A DNA stretch of 64,000 nucleotides from Candidatus Saccharibacteria bacterium UBA1235 (GTDB taxonomy: Bacteria > Patescibacteriota > Saccharimonadia > Saccharimonadales > Saccharimonadaceae). The stretch's first letter is position 1, and the number at the start of each line of letters is the position of its first letter. The position numbers and the translations under genes were made by a program. Of this stretch, positions 17,841 to 28,065 are shown piece after piece. The stretch covers positions 1,612-65,611 of the forward strand of contig DBWP01000015.1 of NCBI GenBank assembly GCA_002309075.1, read 5' to 3'. The notes under the pieces were generated by a model. It did no database searches. It had not been told where the DNA came from and was given only the letters and a program-made list of their open reading frames with translations.

Positions 17841-19043
17841 CTATAAAATCGCTTTTCTAAGCCATCTGTCCGCCGGCCCGGCCGTCATCAAAACTACCAA
17901 ATACCCATTATCTCGCCACCCCTTAATCTTCTCTAGTAGTTCCGGCGTAAGTTCTGCCGTTTCCGCCTCTATAATACCCCTGTATAACTCCTCTGGCGTT
18001 AAAATCTTAAGCTTCGGATCTTCTCTTACTAGATACGTCGGTAGCCAAAAAATCTTTTCCACCCCATCAAACGCATGCAAATACCCCTTAAAAACCTCGT
18101 GTTGTCTCGTGTTTTGATGCGGCTGATAAACCACCACAACGCCTTTTCTCCCCTCTAGTTTCGCCTGTTCTAGCGCCACCCCAACCGTTGCCTTAATCTC
18201 CTCTGGGTGATGCGCATAATCAGAATAAATTCCATCAAAAATCCGCTCAAATCTCCGCCCGACCCCTGGAAATTCATCTAGAACCCGAATTATCTCATCT
18301 TCGTTAACCTCTGGCGCCATCATTTTGACCGCCTCTAGCGCAAGTCCCGCATCTTCGCGCCTTGCCGAGCCAGCCAACTTAAACCACCCCTTATCCCCGT
18401 TAGACTTAACCACCATCTCACTCTGAGCCTCAAATTTAAGAAACGCCTCTTTATAATCTTCCTCTGTTAAATAGATGTCCGGATGATCATAGCTCACGCA
18501 CGTTATCAGAGAGAGCCAAGGGTGATATTTTAAGAAATTCCGATCATATTCATCCGCTTCATAAATAAAATATTTATCCCCTGTTTTATAGGCCCCGCTC
18601 GGAGCAAAACCTAAAGTTGTTCCAACTACATATGCTGCCGGTACCCCCAATTTCAGCGCCGCCCAGATAATCATCGAAGTTGTTGTAGTTTTTCCATGTG
18701 TTCCCGCCACCGCAACCATCTTAAGTCCTAATTTTTCCACTAAAAACGCCGTAAAATCGTCCCGTTTTGTACATTTTATCCCATTTTTACGTGCAAGCTC
18801 TAACTCCGGATGATCTTCAGGAAGCGCCGAAGTATAAATAAACCAGTCCAAATTTTCCAGATTTTGCGCTAAAAATTCTCCATTTTGCTCACCAATATAA
18901 ACTTTTACCCCCGCTTTCTCTAACTCGTTATAAATCGCCCCCTTATTTAGGTCCGAACCGACAACTTCTATCCCCGCATTTTTTGCCATTAAAGCCAGCG
19001 GCCCCATTCCCGTTCCAGATATGCCAGAAATATAAATTTTCAT
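17841..19043 (-). CDS. murC: UDP-N-acetylmuramate--L-alanine ligase
   Basis: GISGTGMGPLA, GTHGKTTT, EADEYD, DYAHHPEEI, YQPH. Confidence 0.93.
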   Translation of the reverse strand: MKIYISGISGTGMGPLALMAKNAGIEVVGSDLNKGAIYNELEKAGVKVYIGEQNGEFLAQNLENLDWFIYTSALPEDHPELELARKNGIKCTKRDDFTAFLVEKLGLKMVAVAGTHGKTTTTSMIIWAALKLGVPAAYVVGTTLGFAPSGAYKTGDKYFIYEADEYDRNFLKYHPWLSLITCVSYDHPDIYLTEEDYKEAFLKFEAQSEMVVKSNGDKGWFKLAGSARREDAGLALEAVKMMAPEVNEDEIIRVLDEFPGVGRRFERIFDGIYSDYAHHPEEIKATVGVALEQAKLEGRKGVVVVYQPHQNTRQHEVFKGYLHAFDGVEKIFWLPTYLVREDPKLKILTPEELYRGIIEAETAELTPELLEKIKGWRDNGYLVVLMTAGPADRWLRKAIL

Positions 19044-19057
19044 GATATAATTATATA

Positions 19058-19459
19058 ATGAAAATCAATTCCGAGCAAGAAATGTTAGCTTTCGGCGAAA
19101 AGTTCGCTAATTCAATAACTGGACAAGTTATCGAACTTATCGGTGACGTTGGCGCTGGCAAAACAACTTTCACTCGCGGCCTCGCGAAAGGCCTCGGAAT
19201 TAAAGAGGAAATTACCAGCCCAAGCTTCACGATTTCAAAAGTCTACTCTCTCCCAAACGGCAAAACCCTCACTCACTATGATTTTTACCGTCTCCAAGAC
19301 CCCGGTTTAATGAAAGAAGACCTCGAAGAGTCTATTAGCAACCCAAATAATTATACAATTATCGAATGGGGCGAATCCGTTTCTGATATTCTCCCAAAAA
19401 ATCACACAACCATCAATATAAAATATAACGACGATGGTTCTAGAGAGGTTATTTTATGA
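19058..19459 (+). CDS. tsaE: tRNA threonylcarbamoyladenosine ATPase TsaE
   Basis: GDVGAGKTTF, SPSF, HYDFYRL, IEW. Confidence 0.96.
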   Translation: MKINSEQEMLAFGEKFANSITGQVIELIGDVGAGKTTFTRGLAKGLGIKEEITSPSFTISKVYSLPNGKTLTHYDFYRLQDPGLMKEDLEESISNPNNYTIIEWGESVSDILPKNHTTINIKYNDDGSREVIL

Positions 19460-19788
19460 AATTATATCTCGACACATCAACTCCAACCACCATTCTAAAA
19501 TTAGACGATAAAACCTACGAATGGGAATCTGGCCGCGATCTCGCCGAAAATCTTTTAAATTTTATCCGCGAAAAACTAGAAGAAAACAATAAAACTTGGC
19601 AAGATATCACCGAAATTACTTTTATGTCTGGGCCCGGCTCTTTCACCGGCCTTCGTATCGGCGCCGCAGTTATCAACACGCTCGCCCACGAGCTAAACAT
19701 TCCTTTAAAAAACCACAAAGGGGAAACAGTTACAATTATTCTTCCCGATTATGGCCGCGGCGCCAATATTTCAAGCCCGCGTAAATAA
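19456..19788 (+). CDS. tsaB: Minimal TsaB-like protein
   Basis: LYLDTS, GPGSFTGLRIG; ATGA overlap with tsaE. Confidence 0.85.
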   Translation: MKLYLDTSTPTTILKLDDKTYEWESGRDLAENLLNFIREKLEENNKTWQDITEITFMSGPGSFTGLRIGAAVINTLAHELNIPLKNHKGETVTIILPDYGRGANISSPRK

Positions 19789-20653
19789 TCAAGGCCGCAA
19801 AAACCCCAATCGCCCCAAACGACAATATCTTTACATTATTTGTCGTCGCCATAATCTTTTCTTGATTAAAGCCAACCGTTAAGGTTTCCCCGAGCGGCGC
19901 CATATATCCTGGATTCGCCGGATTATATTGCACTTCCATCACGCCGTCTTTGTTTGTCGTGGTGTTTAAAACCATGCCGGAAATCTTAACCTCAAGCGCC
20001 GAACTTTTACTATCCCGGTTCGCATGAAAAACCCGAATTATTCCCATTTCCCCATTATTCAAATTCACGCCCGTATATGCTAAACCTTCATCCCCCACTC
20101 CCGCATAAATCTCTGCGTCCTCGTTTATTATAAACTTTCCGGTCGTCTTAGAATGTACCCCACCCATATCAATCACAAGTTTATTCCCGACAAACACAAA
20201 CGTATCATCATCCGCCGTAATTTCAAACTCTTCCTGACCGTTCGCTAAAATATTAAACGAAAAACCAAAATGCATTGTAAAAAGCCCCTCGACCGGATGA
20301 AAATTCATATCGCTAAAACTATAATTCCCATTTTTTTCCTTAAGCCTAAACTCACCAGAAACAAAAGTATTCAGGCCATCAACCGGCTTAAACCATCTCT
20401 GAAAATTCTCACCAACAACCCCACGGTTCGCCGTCTTTTTCCCACCTAAAGCAACCGGCAAATATTCCGAATCAAGCTCCCAACCGACTAGTCCCGTCTC
20501 AACTTCATCATGATATTCTCCGCAACTCGTCCATTCAAACTGACGATTTTTAAGTGCCGCCCGCGACTCCCGACTATAAAGATTCGCGCACGCATCAGTC
20601 GCCTGCGAATAATACGAAACCGGTACTTTCACCTCCAAGGGTTTTCTATTCAT
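19736..20653 (-). CDS. Fibro-slime/PA14-like domain protein with C-terminal TM
   Basis: FTMHF...F.ITADDDTFVFVGNKLVIDMGGVH motif; C-terminal hydrophobic helix plus WRR. Confidence 0.7.
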   Translation of the reverse strand: MNRKPLEVKVPVSYYSQATDACANLYSRESRAALKNRQFEWTSCGEYHDEVETGLVGWELDSEYLPVALGGKKTANRGVVGENFQRWFKPVDGLNTFVSGEFRLKEKNGNYSFSDMNFHPVEGLFTMHFGFSFNILANGQEEFEITADDDTFVFVGNKLVIDMGGVHSKTTGKFIINEDAEIYAGVGDEGLAYTGVNLNNGEMGIIRVFHANRDSKSSALEVKISGMVLNTTTNKDGVMEVQYNPANPGYMAPLGETLTVGFNQEKIMATTNNVKILSFGAIGVFAALIIYAGLKYWRRGHNREE

Positions 20654-20670
20654 ATTTAAAATTATACAAC

Positions 20671-21255
20671 TTATGCTATTATTTCGTCAATAATACCATA
20701 TTCTTTCGCTTCTTCTGCGCTCATCCAATTATCGCGGTCCATATCCTTCTCAACCTGCGCCAAACTCTTTCCCGTATTTTTCGCAAAAATCTCCGCGAGT
20801 CTCTTCTTTAAGAAAATTCCTTCCTTTAGCATAATTTCCTGGTCCGTAATTTTCCCTTCCGTTCCAGACGACGGCTGATGAATCATCACGCGCGCATTCG
20901 GAAGGCAATATCGTTTACCCTTCGCGCCACAAGACAAAAGCATCGCCCCCATACTCGCCTGAAGCCCAATCCCAATTGTCTCAACTTCCGGCTCAATATA
21001 ATTCATTGTATCGATAATCGCAAGCCCATCATAAACCGAACCGCCTGGGGAATTAATGTAAAGTTTGATCGGCTTCTTTGGGTCTTCATGCGCAAGATAA
21101 AGAAGCTGCGCTACTACGAGATTCGCCGTATGTGCGTTCACATCCTCGCCAAGAAACACAATTCGATCGTTTAAAAGCCTCGAATAAATATCATACGCCC
21201 GTTCGCCTTTATTTGTTTCTTCGACCACCGTCGGTACTAAATAATCTTGTGTCAT
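20671..21255 (-). CDS. clpP: ATP-dependent Clp protease proteolytic subunit
   Basis: [34 protein letters not shown]; start at MTQDYLVP after RBS-like GAAAGGA. Confidence 0.97.
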   Translation of the reverse strand: MTQDYLVPTVVEETNKGERAYDIYSRLLNDRIVFLGEDVNAHTANLVVAQLLYLAHEDPKKPIKLYINSPGGSVYDGLAIIDTMNYIEPEVETIGIGLQASMGAMLLSCGAKGKRYCLPNARVMIHQPSSGTEGKITDQEIMLKEGIFLKKRLAEIFAKNTGKSLAQVEKDMDRDNWMSAEEAKEYGIIDEIIA

Positions 21256-21310
21256 TTTATGATTTTCCTTTCTCATCTTATGATTTTTTCTTCCTCTGTT
21301 AAATCGCGTT

Positions 21311-23779
21311 TTATGATTTCTCAAGTACAAGTTGTGATTTCTTAAGTTTCAAAACTGGAATATCGCCTTTCTTAAGTTCTTCCGAAATAATTTTTTCCGA
21401 CAAAAGCGATTCAACTTTATCTTCAATGCATCTTCGGAGCGGCCGTGCCCCATTCTTCGGGTCATAACCTTTTTCAATCAAATAATTCTTCGCTTCTTCA
21501 TCAATTTTAATTCCAATTCCTTTCGTCGCAAGTCGTTTTCTTAAATCGTCAATCAAATTGTCAAAGATTTTCTCAACATCTTTTCTTGTCAAAGCATGGA
21601 AAACTTCAATATTATCCAAGCGGTTTATAAGCTCTGGTCGCATCACTTTTTTAAGAGCCTTCATCGCATATTCTTTATTCTCTTCATACTCTTGTTCCAA
21701 AGCCTTTTTATCTTTTGCTGTCTTCGCCGTAAAGCCAAGTTCACTTTCGCGGTACATATCCGCAGAGCCAAGATTCGATGTTAAAATCACAATTGTATTA
21801 TTAAACTTAATTTTATTACCTTGCCCATCCGTAAGAACACCATCTTCCAAAATTTGCAAAAGCAAATTAAATACATCCGGATGCGCCTTTTCAATTTCAT
21901 CAAACAAAATCACCGAATATGGCTTTCGTCTGACCGCTTCCGTCAATTTGCCACCATCATCATAACCAACATATCCAGCTGGCGCGCCGACAAGCCGCGA
22001 AACATTATGTTTTTCGCCAAACTCACTCATATCAATTTTAACAAGCGCATTTTCACCGCCAAAAACCTCCCGTGCAATCACTCTTGCTAGCTCAGTTTTT
22101 CCAACACCAGTCGGTCCCATAAACAGGAAAGAACCAATCGGCCGCCTTGAATCTGCGATTCCGGAACGCCCGCGTCGAATCGCCTTAGAAACTGCTGAAA
22201 TTGCTTCGTCTTGACCGACTACAGATTTATTCAACTCACTTTCAAGCTGAGTTAACATTTTCATTTCTGAACCATGAACTTTAGAAACTGGAATTCCGGT
22301 TTTTAAGGAAACTGCTGTCGCGAGATCTTCTTCCGAAAGTGTTGGATTTTCCGTTTCCTTCACACCAGATTTTTCAAGCTTTGAAATTTCCTCTTCAAGC
22401 TTCAAAAGCGCCGTTTTATATTCTGCTGCCTTTTTAAAATCTTCTTTTTCCGCCGCTTCAGAAATTTTACTTTCAAGCCCAGATTTTTCAATCTTCATCT
22501 TTTTATATTTTCCGCCGCCTTTTTTATCCGCCGCAACTCGCGCAATCGCCGACGCCTCATCAATCACATCAATTACTTTATCTGGCATAAACCGATCATT
22601 AATATATCGCTGAGACATCGTAATTGCTGTTTCTAAAATCTCGTCCGGAATTATTACGCCGTGATGTTTTTCATAATGTTTCTTAATTCCTTTAAGAATT
22701 CTAAGCGTTACGGTTGCGCTTGGTTCTTCAACCATCACCGTCTGGAACCGCCTAGAAAGTGCCTTGTCTTTTTCGATAGTTTTTCGATATTCATCCAAAG
22801 TTGTTGCGCCAATTAAATTAATCGAATTTCTTGCGAGCGCCGGCTTTAAGATATTTGCCGCATCCATCGAACCTTCCGAACTCCCCGCCCCACAAAGCAA
22901 ATGAATTTCATCAATAAACAAAAGTACCGTATCGTCGTTAATCGCCTCGTCGATAATTCCCTTAATTCTTTCTTCAAATTCCCCACGGAATTTTGTACCC
23001 GCAACCACCGAAGACAAATCGACTTGATAAATATGTTTTCCGATCAAATTACCCGGAACTTCAGTTTTTACAATCCTCGTTGCAAGTCCTTCAACAATCG
23101 CCGTTTTCCCAACACCAGCCTCACCAATCAAAACTGGGTTTGATTTTGTTCTTCGCGACAAAACCGTTACCACACGTTCAATTTCATTTTCACGCCCAAT
23201 TACTGTATCGAGTTTTCCAGCTCTAGCCTCTTCCGTTAAATCTTTACCATATTTTTTCAAAAACCTAAGTCCCGACGATTTAATATATTTTGCTTTTTCA
23301 GCTTTATTCTGTTCATCTTTTGTTTGTTCTTCGACTAAATCCTCAACCTCGGAAAGTACTTTTTCCGTATCAACATCAAGTCCACTGAGAATTAAAGATG
23401 CCCTAGAATTTGGCTGCGATAAAAGTGCATATAATATATGTTCGGTCCCAATTACGGTTAGCCCATTTTCTTTCACATAATTTTGCGCCATCCTAAACGT
23501 TAAAATCACAGCTTCAGAAAGCGACATCATCGCCATATCGCTACCCGGCACCTCAACCGCAACCTTGTTTAAAGATTTCTCAACTTCATCAATCGTTGCG
23601 CCCGCCGTTCTTAGAATTTTTGCGCCAGTCGACATATCAATCGACATAATCCCCATCAAGAGATGTTCCGTCCCCATATATCCATTATTATATCTCTTAC
23701 TATAGAAATCCGCTTTCTGCAAAGCAAACCTTGCATTTTCGGACAATTTGCTCATTATTTCGCTAAATTCTTCTTGCAT
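21311..23779 (-). CDS. clpC: ATP-dependent Clp protease ATPase ClpC
   Basis: N-terminal Clp repeats, two AAA+ modules ([16 protein letters not shown]), GARPLRR; start after TGcTACAAT. Confidence 0.95.
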   Translation of the reverse strand: MQEEFSEIMSKLSENARFALQKADFYSKRYNNGYMGTEHLLMGIMSIDMSTGAKILRTAGATIDEVEKSLNKVAVEVPGSDMAMMSLSEAVILTFRMAQNYVKENGLTVIGTEHILYALLSQPNSRASLILSGLDVDTEKVLSEVEDLVEEQTKDEQNKAEKAKYIKSSGLRFLKKYGKDLTEEARAGKLDTVIGRENEIERVVTVLSRRTKSNPVLIGEAGVGKTAIVEGLATRIVKTEVPGNLIGKHIYQVDLSSVVAGTKFRGEFEERIKGIIDEAINDDTVLLFIDEIHLLCGAGSSEGSMDAANILKPALARNSINLIGATTLDEYRKTIEKDKALSRRFQTVMVEEPSATVTLRILKGIKKHYEKHHGVIIPDEILETAITMSQRYINDRFMPDKVIDVIDEASAIARVAADKKGGGKYKKMKIEKSGLESKISEAAEKEDFKKAAEYKTALLKLEEEISKLEKSGVKETENPTLSEEDLATAVSLKTGIPVSKVHGSEMKMLTQLESELNKSVVGQDEAISAVSKAIRRGRSGIADSRRPIGSFLFMGPTGVGKTELARVIAREVFGGENALVKIDMSEFGEKHNVSRLVGAPAGYVGYDDGGKLTEAVRRKPYSVILFDEIEKAHPDVFNLLLQILEDGVLTDGQGNKIKFNNTIVILTSNLGSADMYRESELGFTAKTAKDKKALEQEYEENKEYAMKALKKVMRPELINRLDNIEVFHALTRKDVEKIFDNLIDDLRKRLATKGIGIKIDEEAKNYLIEKGYDPKNGARPLRRCIEDKVESLLSEKIISEELKKGDIPVLKLKKSQLVLEKS

Positions 23780-23819
23780 ACCCCTATTGTAGCAGACTAG
23801 CACTCGAACGTCAAGAGTG

Positions 23820-25520
23820 CTAAAATTCTTTCGCAATACGCTCTAATTTTCTAAAATCAGTCTTATTTGCTCGCGTTAAAGGAAGTTCATCTAAAAATTC
23901 CACTCTTCTAGGAATTTCATAACTTTTCAACGTAATTTTTCTCTTACCTAGATAAAATGGCTCCGTCGCTGTCTTCATGATTTCTCGTCTTGTGTCACGA
24001 TTTTTCCCCACGCCTTCTTTTACGACCACGAACGCACACGACGAAAATCCAAGTTTTTTATCCGGCATTTTAACTACATAGCATCGCGAAACCAAATCAC
24101 TCTTTGCGACTGCCGACCTTACGACTTCATAATAAACCTTTGCCGGCACCGTATTAATAAAGAATGTCGCGCGTCCGACCAAAGTTACAAAACCAGTCTC
24201 GCTCACCATAGCAAGATCGCCAGTTTTTACAAACTTTTTGCCTTTTACAATTTTAATTTTCTCTTCATCAAGTTCTGGACGATTAAAATATCGCGATAAA
24301 ACATGTTTTCCCGAAACATACAAAATTCCGGTTTTAGAAAAACCAACTTCCTCATCCGTTTCCGGATCAAGCACCATCACGTGCGCACCCGGCACAACCT
24401 TTCCAACCGTATCCGGACGATAAGTCGAACCAACAGCAACCGTAATTGAACCTAGACATTCTCCGACGCCATAACCATTACACATTTTTACGTCAGCGCC
24501 ATGCGCCTCAAAGAACTTCGCAGTATCTTCCGAGGCTTGTTTTTCTAATCTTTCCCCGCCCGAAATGCACATTTTTACGCTCGACAAATCCATTTTCTTC
24601 GGCAAAACTTTCGGAAGAAGATCAAACAAAAGTGGCACCGCCTGAACCACGCTAATTTCCTTCTCGAAATAATATTTCATATTTTTTTCATCAATATCAG
24701 GCGTCAGAATCACACTCGAACCGCCAATAATTGGCGTCATTACACTCGTCCAAAAACCATATGGACAATCGAACTTCACAAACGAAAACCACGTACGAAC
24801 AACCTTATCCCACATCTTAATTCCGCTCGCCGCTTTCGAAAATAACGCCGCCGCAATCAAATTCGTATTCGTAAATACCATTGGTTTTGGACCACTCGTT
24901 GAGCCAGAAGTAAAACTAACTAGCGCTTCATTTTTTCCGCCAAAAATTCCCAGCGGCACTCGGCCCTTAAACTTTTCCGCTACTTTCCGAATTGTCTGCT
25001 TCCCTACAAAAATATGATCGAGCGCCGACATTTCTAAAATTTCTGTTTGTTCTGGGTCTTCATCACCCGCATCAATAATCGCCCCGTCTAAATTAATTAC
25101 GGTTTTAATATTTTTCGCCGCGCGTTTTAATTCTTTAATCTTTTTATCACTATATTTATATGTAACAACTATTTTAGAATTAAATTCTTCAATATAATGC
25201 AACAACGTTTCTCGCGGCGTTTTTTCGTCTAGAAAGGAAACTAAAGCCCCAATTTTATTTGCGGCGAGAAATATCAAAACGTTATCATACATACTCCGCC
25301 CCGTCGCAACTGTAATAATATCGCCCTTCTTAACCCCGAGGGAAAGAAGCGCCTTCGCCATCACCTTTTGATCTTTCTTTAACTCGGTCCTCGTAAAATC
25401 AAATTCTTTTTGATTTACCACTACATTTTTATTATGACGAAAACATGATAAATCATAAAGCGCCGATATTGTTAGTGGTGGTACTATCGGATCTTTTTTC
25501 TGATCTTTAATTTTTAACAT
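23820..25520 (-). CDS. Class I adenylate-forming enzyme (acyl-CoA synthetase-like)
   Basis: SFTSGSTSGPK AMP-binding loop, NGYGVGE, TGDL, GR, C-terminal LPLT..NK; substrate unknown. Confidence 0.85.
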   Translation of the reverse strand: MLKIKDQKKDPIVPPLTISALYDLSCFRHNKNVVVNQKEFDFTRTELKKDQKVMAKALLSLGVKKGDIITVATGRSMYDNVLIFLAANKIGALVSFLDEKTPRETLLHYIEEFNSKIVVTYKYSDKKIKELKRAAKNIKTVINLDGAIIDAGDEDPEQTEILEMSALDHIFVGKQTIRKVAEKFKGRVPLGIFGGKNEALVSFTSGSTSGPKPMVFTNTNLIAAALFSKAASGIKMWDKVVRTWFSFVKFDCPYGFWTSVMTPIIGGSSVILTPDIDEKNMKYYFEKEISVVQAVPLLFDLLPKVLPKKMDLSSVKMCISGGERLEKQASEDTAKFFEAHGADVKMCNGYGVGECLGSITVAVGSTYRPDTVGKVVPGAHVMVLDPETDEEVGFSKTGILYVSGKHVLSRYFNRPELDEEKIKIVKGKKFVKTGDLAMVSETGFVTLVGRATFFINTVPAKVYYEVVRSAVAKSDLVSRCYVVKMPDKKLGFSSCAFVVVKEGVGKNRDTRREIMKTATEPFYLGKRKITLKSYEIPRRVEFLDELPLTRANKTDFRKLERIAKEF

Positions 25521-25522
25521 AG

Positions 25523-26350
25523 TTATTCTCCGCAAACTACTTGGTTAGCATGTAGCCACCCTTCGACCGACCCACCGTCTAGGTATTCCCCCTTCGCTGG
25601 CGCAACCTTCATCACGCCACCCTCTTTGATATATTCATCAATCGGATCCGTGACCATATATTCTTGGTCTTTTGGCCCAAAATTATTTTCATTCACATAT
25701 TTTACAATTTTCTTCAAAAGATCCGGCGTCATGACATATTTAGAAACATTGATTAAGTTCGATGGCGCTTCTTCTGGCTTTGGTTTTTCTACTACACTAA
25801 CCAAATTACCATCTTTTTCCGAAAGCACACCATATTTTTCGACTTCATTTTTATCAATTTCGACCCCAAGAATTGCCGACTTATCGCCGCCCGAAGCTTT
25901 TACTAATACTTCCGCAGCCGATTCGCCTCCCGGATTCCAAACAAAATCATCGCCCATAAAAACCAAAACCGGTTCATCAATTCCAAACTCTTCCACCGCC
26001 ATCGCAATCGGCACCGCCGTCCCATATTTCGCCGACGGATCTTGTGCTACATAATGAACATTCACATCATCCGGCAAAGTCTTTGCTTTATCTAATTTAT
26101 CCGCTTTACCACGATCAACCAAATATCGATTCAAAGCTAAATTATCCTGATAAAACGCACGGACTTGGCACGGCTCAACGTTCGATACCACCATATAAAT
26201 ATCTTTAACGCCAGCTTTAATTAAATCTTGCACCGAATAATCAACAAGCGGTCTATTACCGACCGGAAGCATTGATTTTTCTACGACTTTTGTAATCGGG
26301 AGTCTTCTTGTGCCCCAACCTGCCACAGGAATAATTGCTTTCGTAATCAT
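25523..26350 (-). CDS. Sugar-phosphate nucleotidyltransferase (GalU-like)
   Basis: AIIPVAGWGTRRLPITK...K.MLPV, YGTA, VEKP, YLDGG. Confidence 0.85.
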   Translation of the reverse strand: MITKAIIPVAGWGTRRLPITKVVEKSMLPVGNRPLVDYSVQDLIKAGVKDIYMVVSNVEPCQVRAFYQDNLALNRYLVDRGKADKLDKAKTLPDDVNVHYVAQDPSAKYGTAVPIAMAVEEFGIDEPVLVFMGDDFVWNPGGESAAEVLVKASGGDKSAILGVEIDKNEVEKYGVLSEKDGNLVSVVEKPKPEEAPSNLINVSKYVMTPDLLKKIVKYVNENNFGPKDQEYMVTDPIDEYIKEGGVMKVAPAKGEYLDGGSVEGWLHANQVVCGE

Positions 26351-26377
26351 GATTTTCCTCACTTAATGACAAGTATA

Positions 26378-28012
26378 TTATATCACAGAAATCAAAGGCG
26401 CATCCCATTTATCTGGAAACTCCAGATCAAGAAACGTCGCAATCGTCGCAGCAACATTAGAAAGCCCCGGCTCTTTCACTTTATTTAATCGATATTTCTC
26501 CCGATTCTTCGTATTATCATAAATAATAAACGGTACTTTATTCGTGGTGTGCGAAGTTTTTGGTTTTCCTTCTCCGTCTAAAAGTTCCTCCGCATTTCCA
26601 TGATCTGCCACGATAAGAAGCACCCCGTGAAGCTCATCCACTTTCTCAGCTAACCGCTTCAAAGATAAATCAATCGCCTCCATCGCCATAATCGTCGCGT
26701 CCATATCCGCTGTATGTCCAACCATGTCGCCATTCGGATAATTTATTCTCACGAATCGAAAATCTTCCATTTTCTCAATCGCCGCATCCGTAATCTCCGC
26801 GCTCTTCATCCACGGCCGCGTCTCGAACGGCTCCGTATAAGAATCAATTTTAACAAATTCCTCCCCCTCCGCCTGACGATAAGTATTCCCATTAAAGTAA
26901 TATGTTATATGTCCAAATTTCACCGTCTCCGAAATCGCGAGCTGCGAAACCCCATTTTCCTCCAAAAGCTTATTTAAGGTATCGTCAAACGCCGCCGGCT
27001 CCACCAAGCGATGCTCCGGCACAAACGTACTCGAATTATATTCTGTCATTCCCACAAAATATACCTGGTCTGGCGTATATGAACCGCGATTAAAATATGG
27101 AAAGTCCCAATAGGTAAAAGCCTGCGCAATTTCAATCGCCCGATCCGCCCGAAAATCAAAGTAAATAAAACTATCGCCTTTTTTCACCGTCCCAACCGGC
27201 CGCTCATCCTCATCCACAATCACAAACGGCGGTAAATATTGATCCTGCATATTCGGGTCAATTCTTCTCAACATATTAATCGCCTCGGTCGCAGATTTAA
27301 AATAATAATCCGCCTCGCCATTCACCATCGCGTCCCAGCCTCTAGCAACCATCTGCCAATCATTCTCATATCGGTCCGCCACATAGACCATCCGTCCACC
27401 ACCATCTGCCAAACAAATATCCGCATCCTCAAATTTCTTAATAAACTCCTCAAATCTTTCTATATAAACCAGCGCCGACTGCGGAGGTACATCACGACCA
27501 TCAAAAACCGGATGCACTCTCATTTTTCGCACCCCTTCTTTATATGCCATCGTAATCATTCTTTCCAGATGACTAATATCACTATGCACCCCACCATCAG
27601 AGAAAATACCCGCAAAATGTAGCGTTGCAGGCCCTATCCCCTCATTATACCACACATCATCATTTTTGTCAAGATTATCCCCATCCAGCACCTTTTCAAT
27701 CGCCTCTCGCCAAGCTTTCGTCTCAAAAATTCTACCTTCCTTAAACTCCTCATCAATCCTTCTAATTCCATGTAGCATCACCTGCCCCGCACCCATCGTA
27801 TTATGGCCAACTTCTGAATTCCCCATCTGATCCGGAACTAAACCAACATATTCACCCGATGCATTAAGCGCCACGTGCGGATATTCCCGCACTGCTTTAC
27901 CCAAAAAACCCGTTCGGGCCCTTGAGACCGCATTCCCTAAACCATCCGGCGCCAATCCCACTCCATCAAGAACAGCCAAAACTACCGGCCCATCATACGA
28001 TATTTTGTCCAT
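26378..28012 (-). CDS. gpmI: 2,3-bisphosphoglycerate-independent phosphoglycerate mutase
   Basis: LAVLDG, MGNSEVGH, SDGGVHS, FDGRD, FRADRA, ETVKFGH, NGDMVGH, ADHGN. Confidence 0.97.
   Translation of the reverse strand: MDKISYDGPVVLAVLDGVGLAPDGLGNAVSRARTGFLGKAVREYPHVALNASGEYVGLVPDQMGNSEVGHNTMGAGQVMLHGIRRIDEEFKEGRIFETKAWREAIEKVLDGDNLDKNDDVWYNEGIGPATLHFAGIFSDGGVHSDISHLERMITMAYKEGVRKMRVHPVFDGRDVPPQSALVYIERFEEFIKKFEDADICLADGGGRMVYVADRYENDWQMVARGWDAMVNGEADYYFKSATEAINMLRRIDPNMQDQYLPPFVIVDEDERPVGTVKKGDSFIYFDFRADRAIEIAQAFTYWDFPYFNRGSYTPDQVYFVGMTEYNSSTFVPEHRLVEPAAFDDTLNKLLEENGVSQLAISETVKFGHITYYFNGNTYRQAEGEEFVKIDSYTEPFETRPWMKSAEITDAAIEKMEDFRFVRINYPNGDMVGHTADMDATIMAMEAIDLSLKRLAEKVDELHGVLLIVADHGNAEELLDGEGKPKTSHTTNKVPFIIYDNTKNREKYRLNKVKEPGLSNVAATIATFLDLEFPDKWDAPLISVI
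27643..27675 (-). promoter_or_regulatory. Perfect consensus promoter embedded in frame in gpmI
   Basis: atcTTGACAaaaatgatgatgtgTGgTATAATg; 30/33 identical to 3401-3433. Confidence 0.7.
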
Positions 28013-28030
28013 ACTTTTATTATAGCATAA

Positions 28031-28057
28031 AAAAATAGCCCTCATCGGGCTATTTTT
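28031..28057 (-). terminator. Terminator after the arc operon
   Basis: aaaaatagccc...gggctattttt. Confidence 0.8.
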
Positions 28058-28065
28058 CTACTGTG

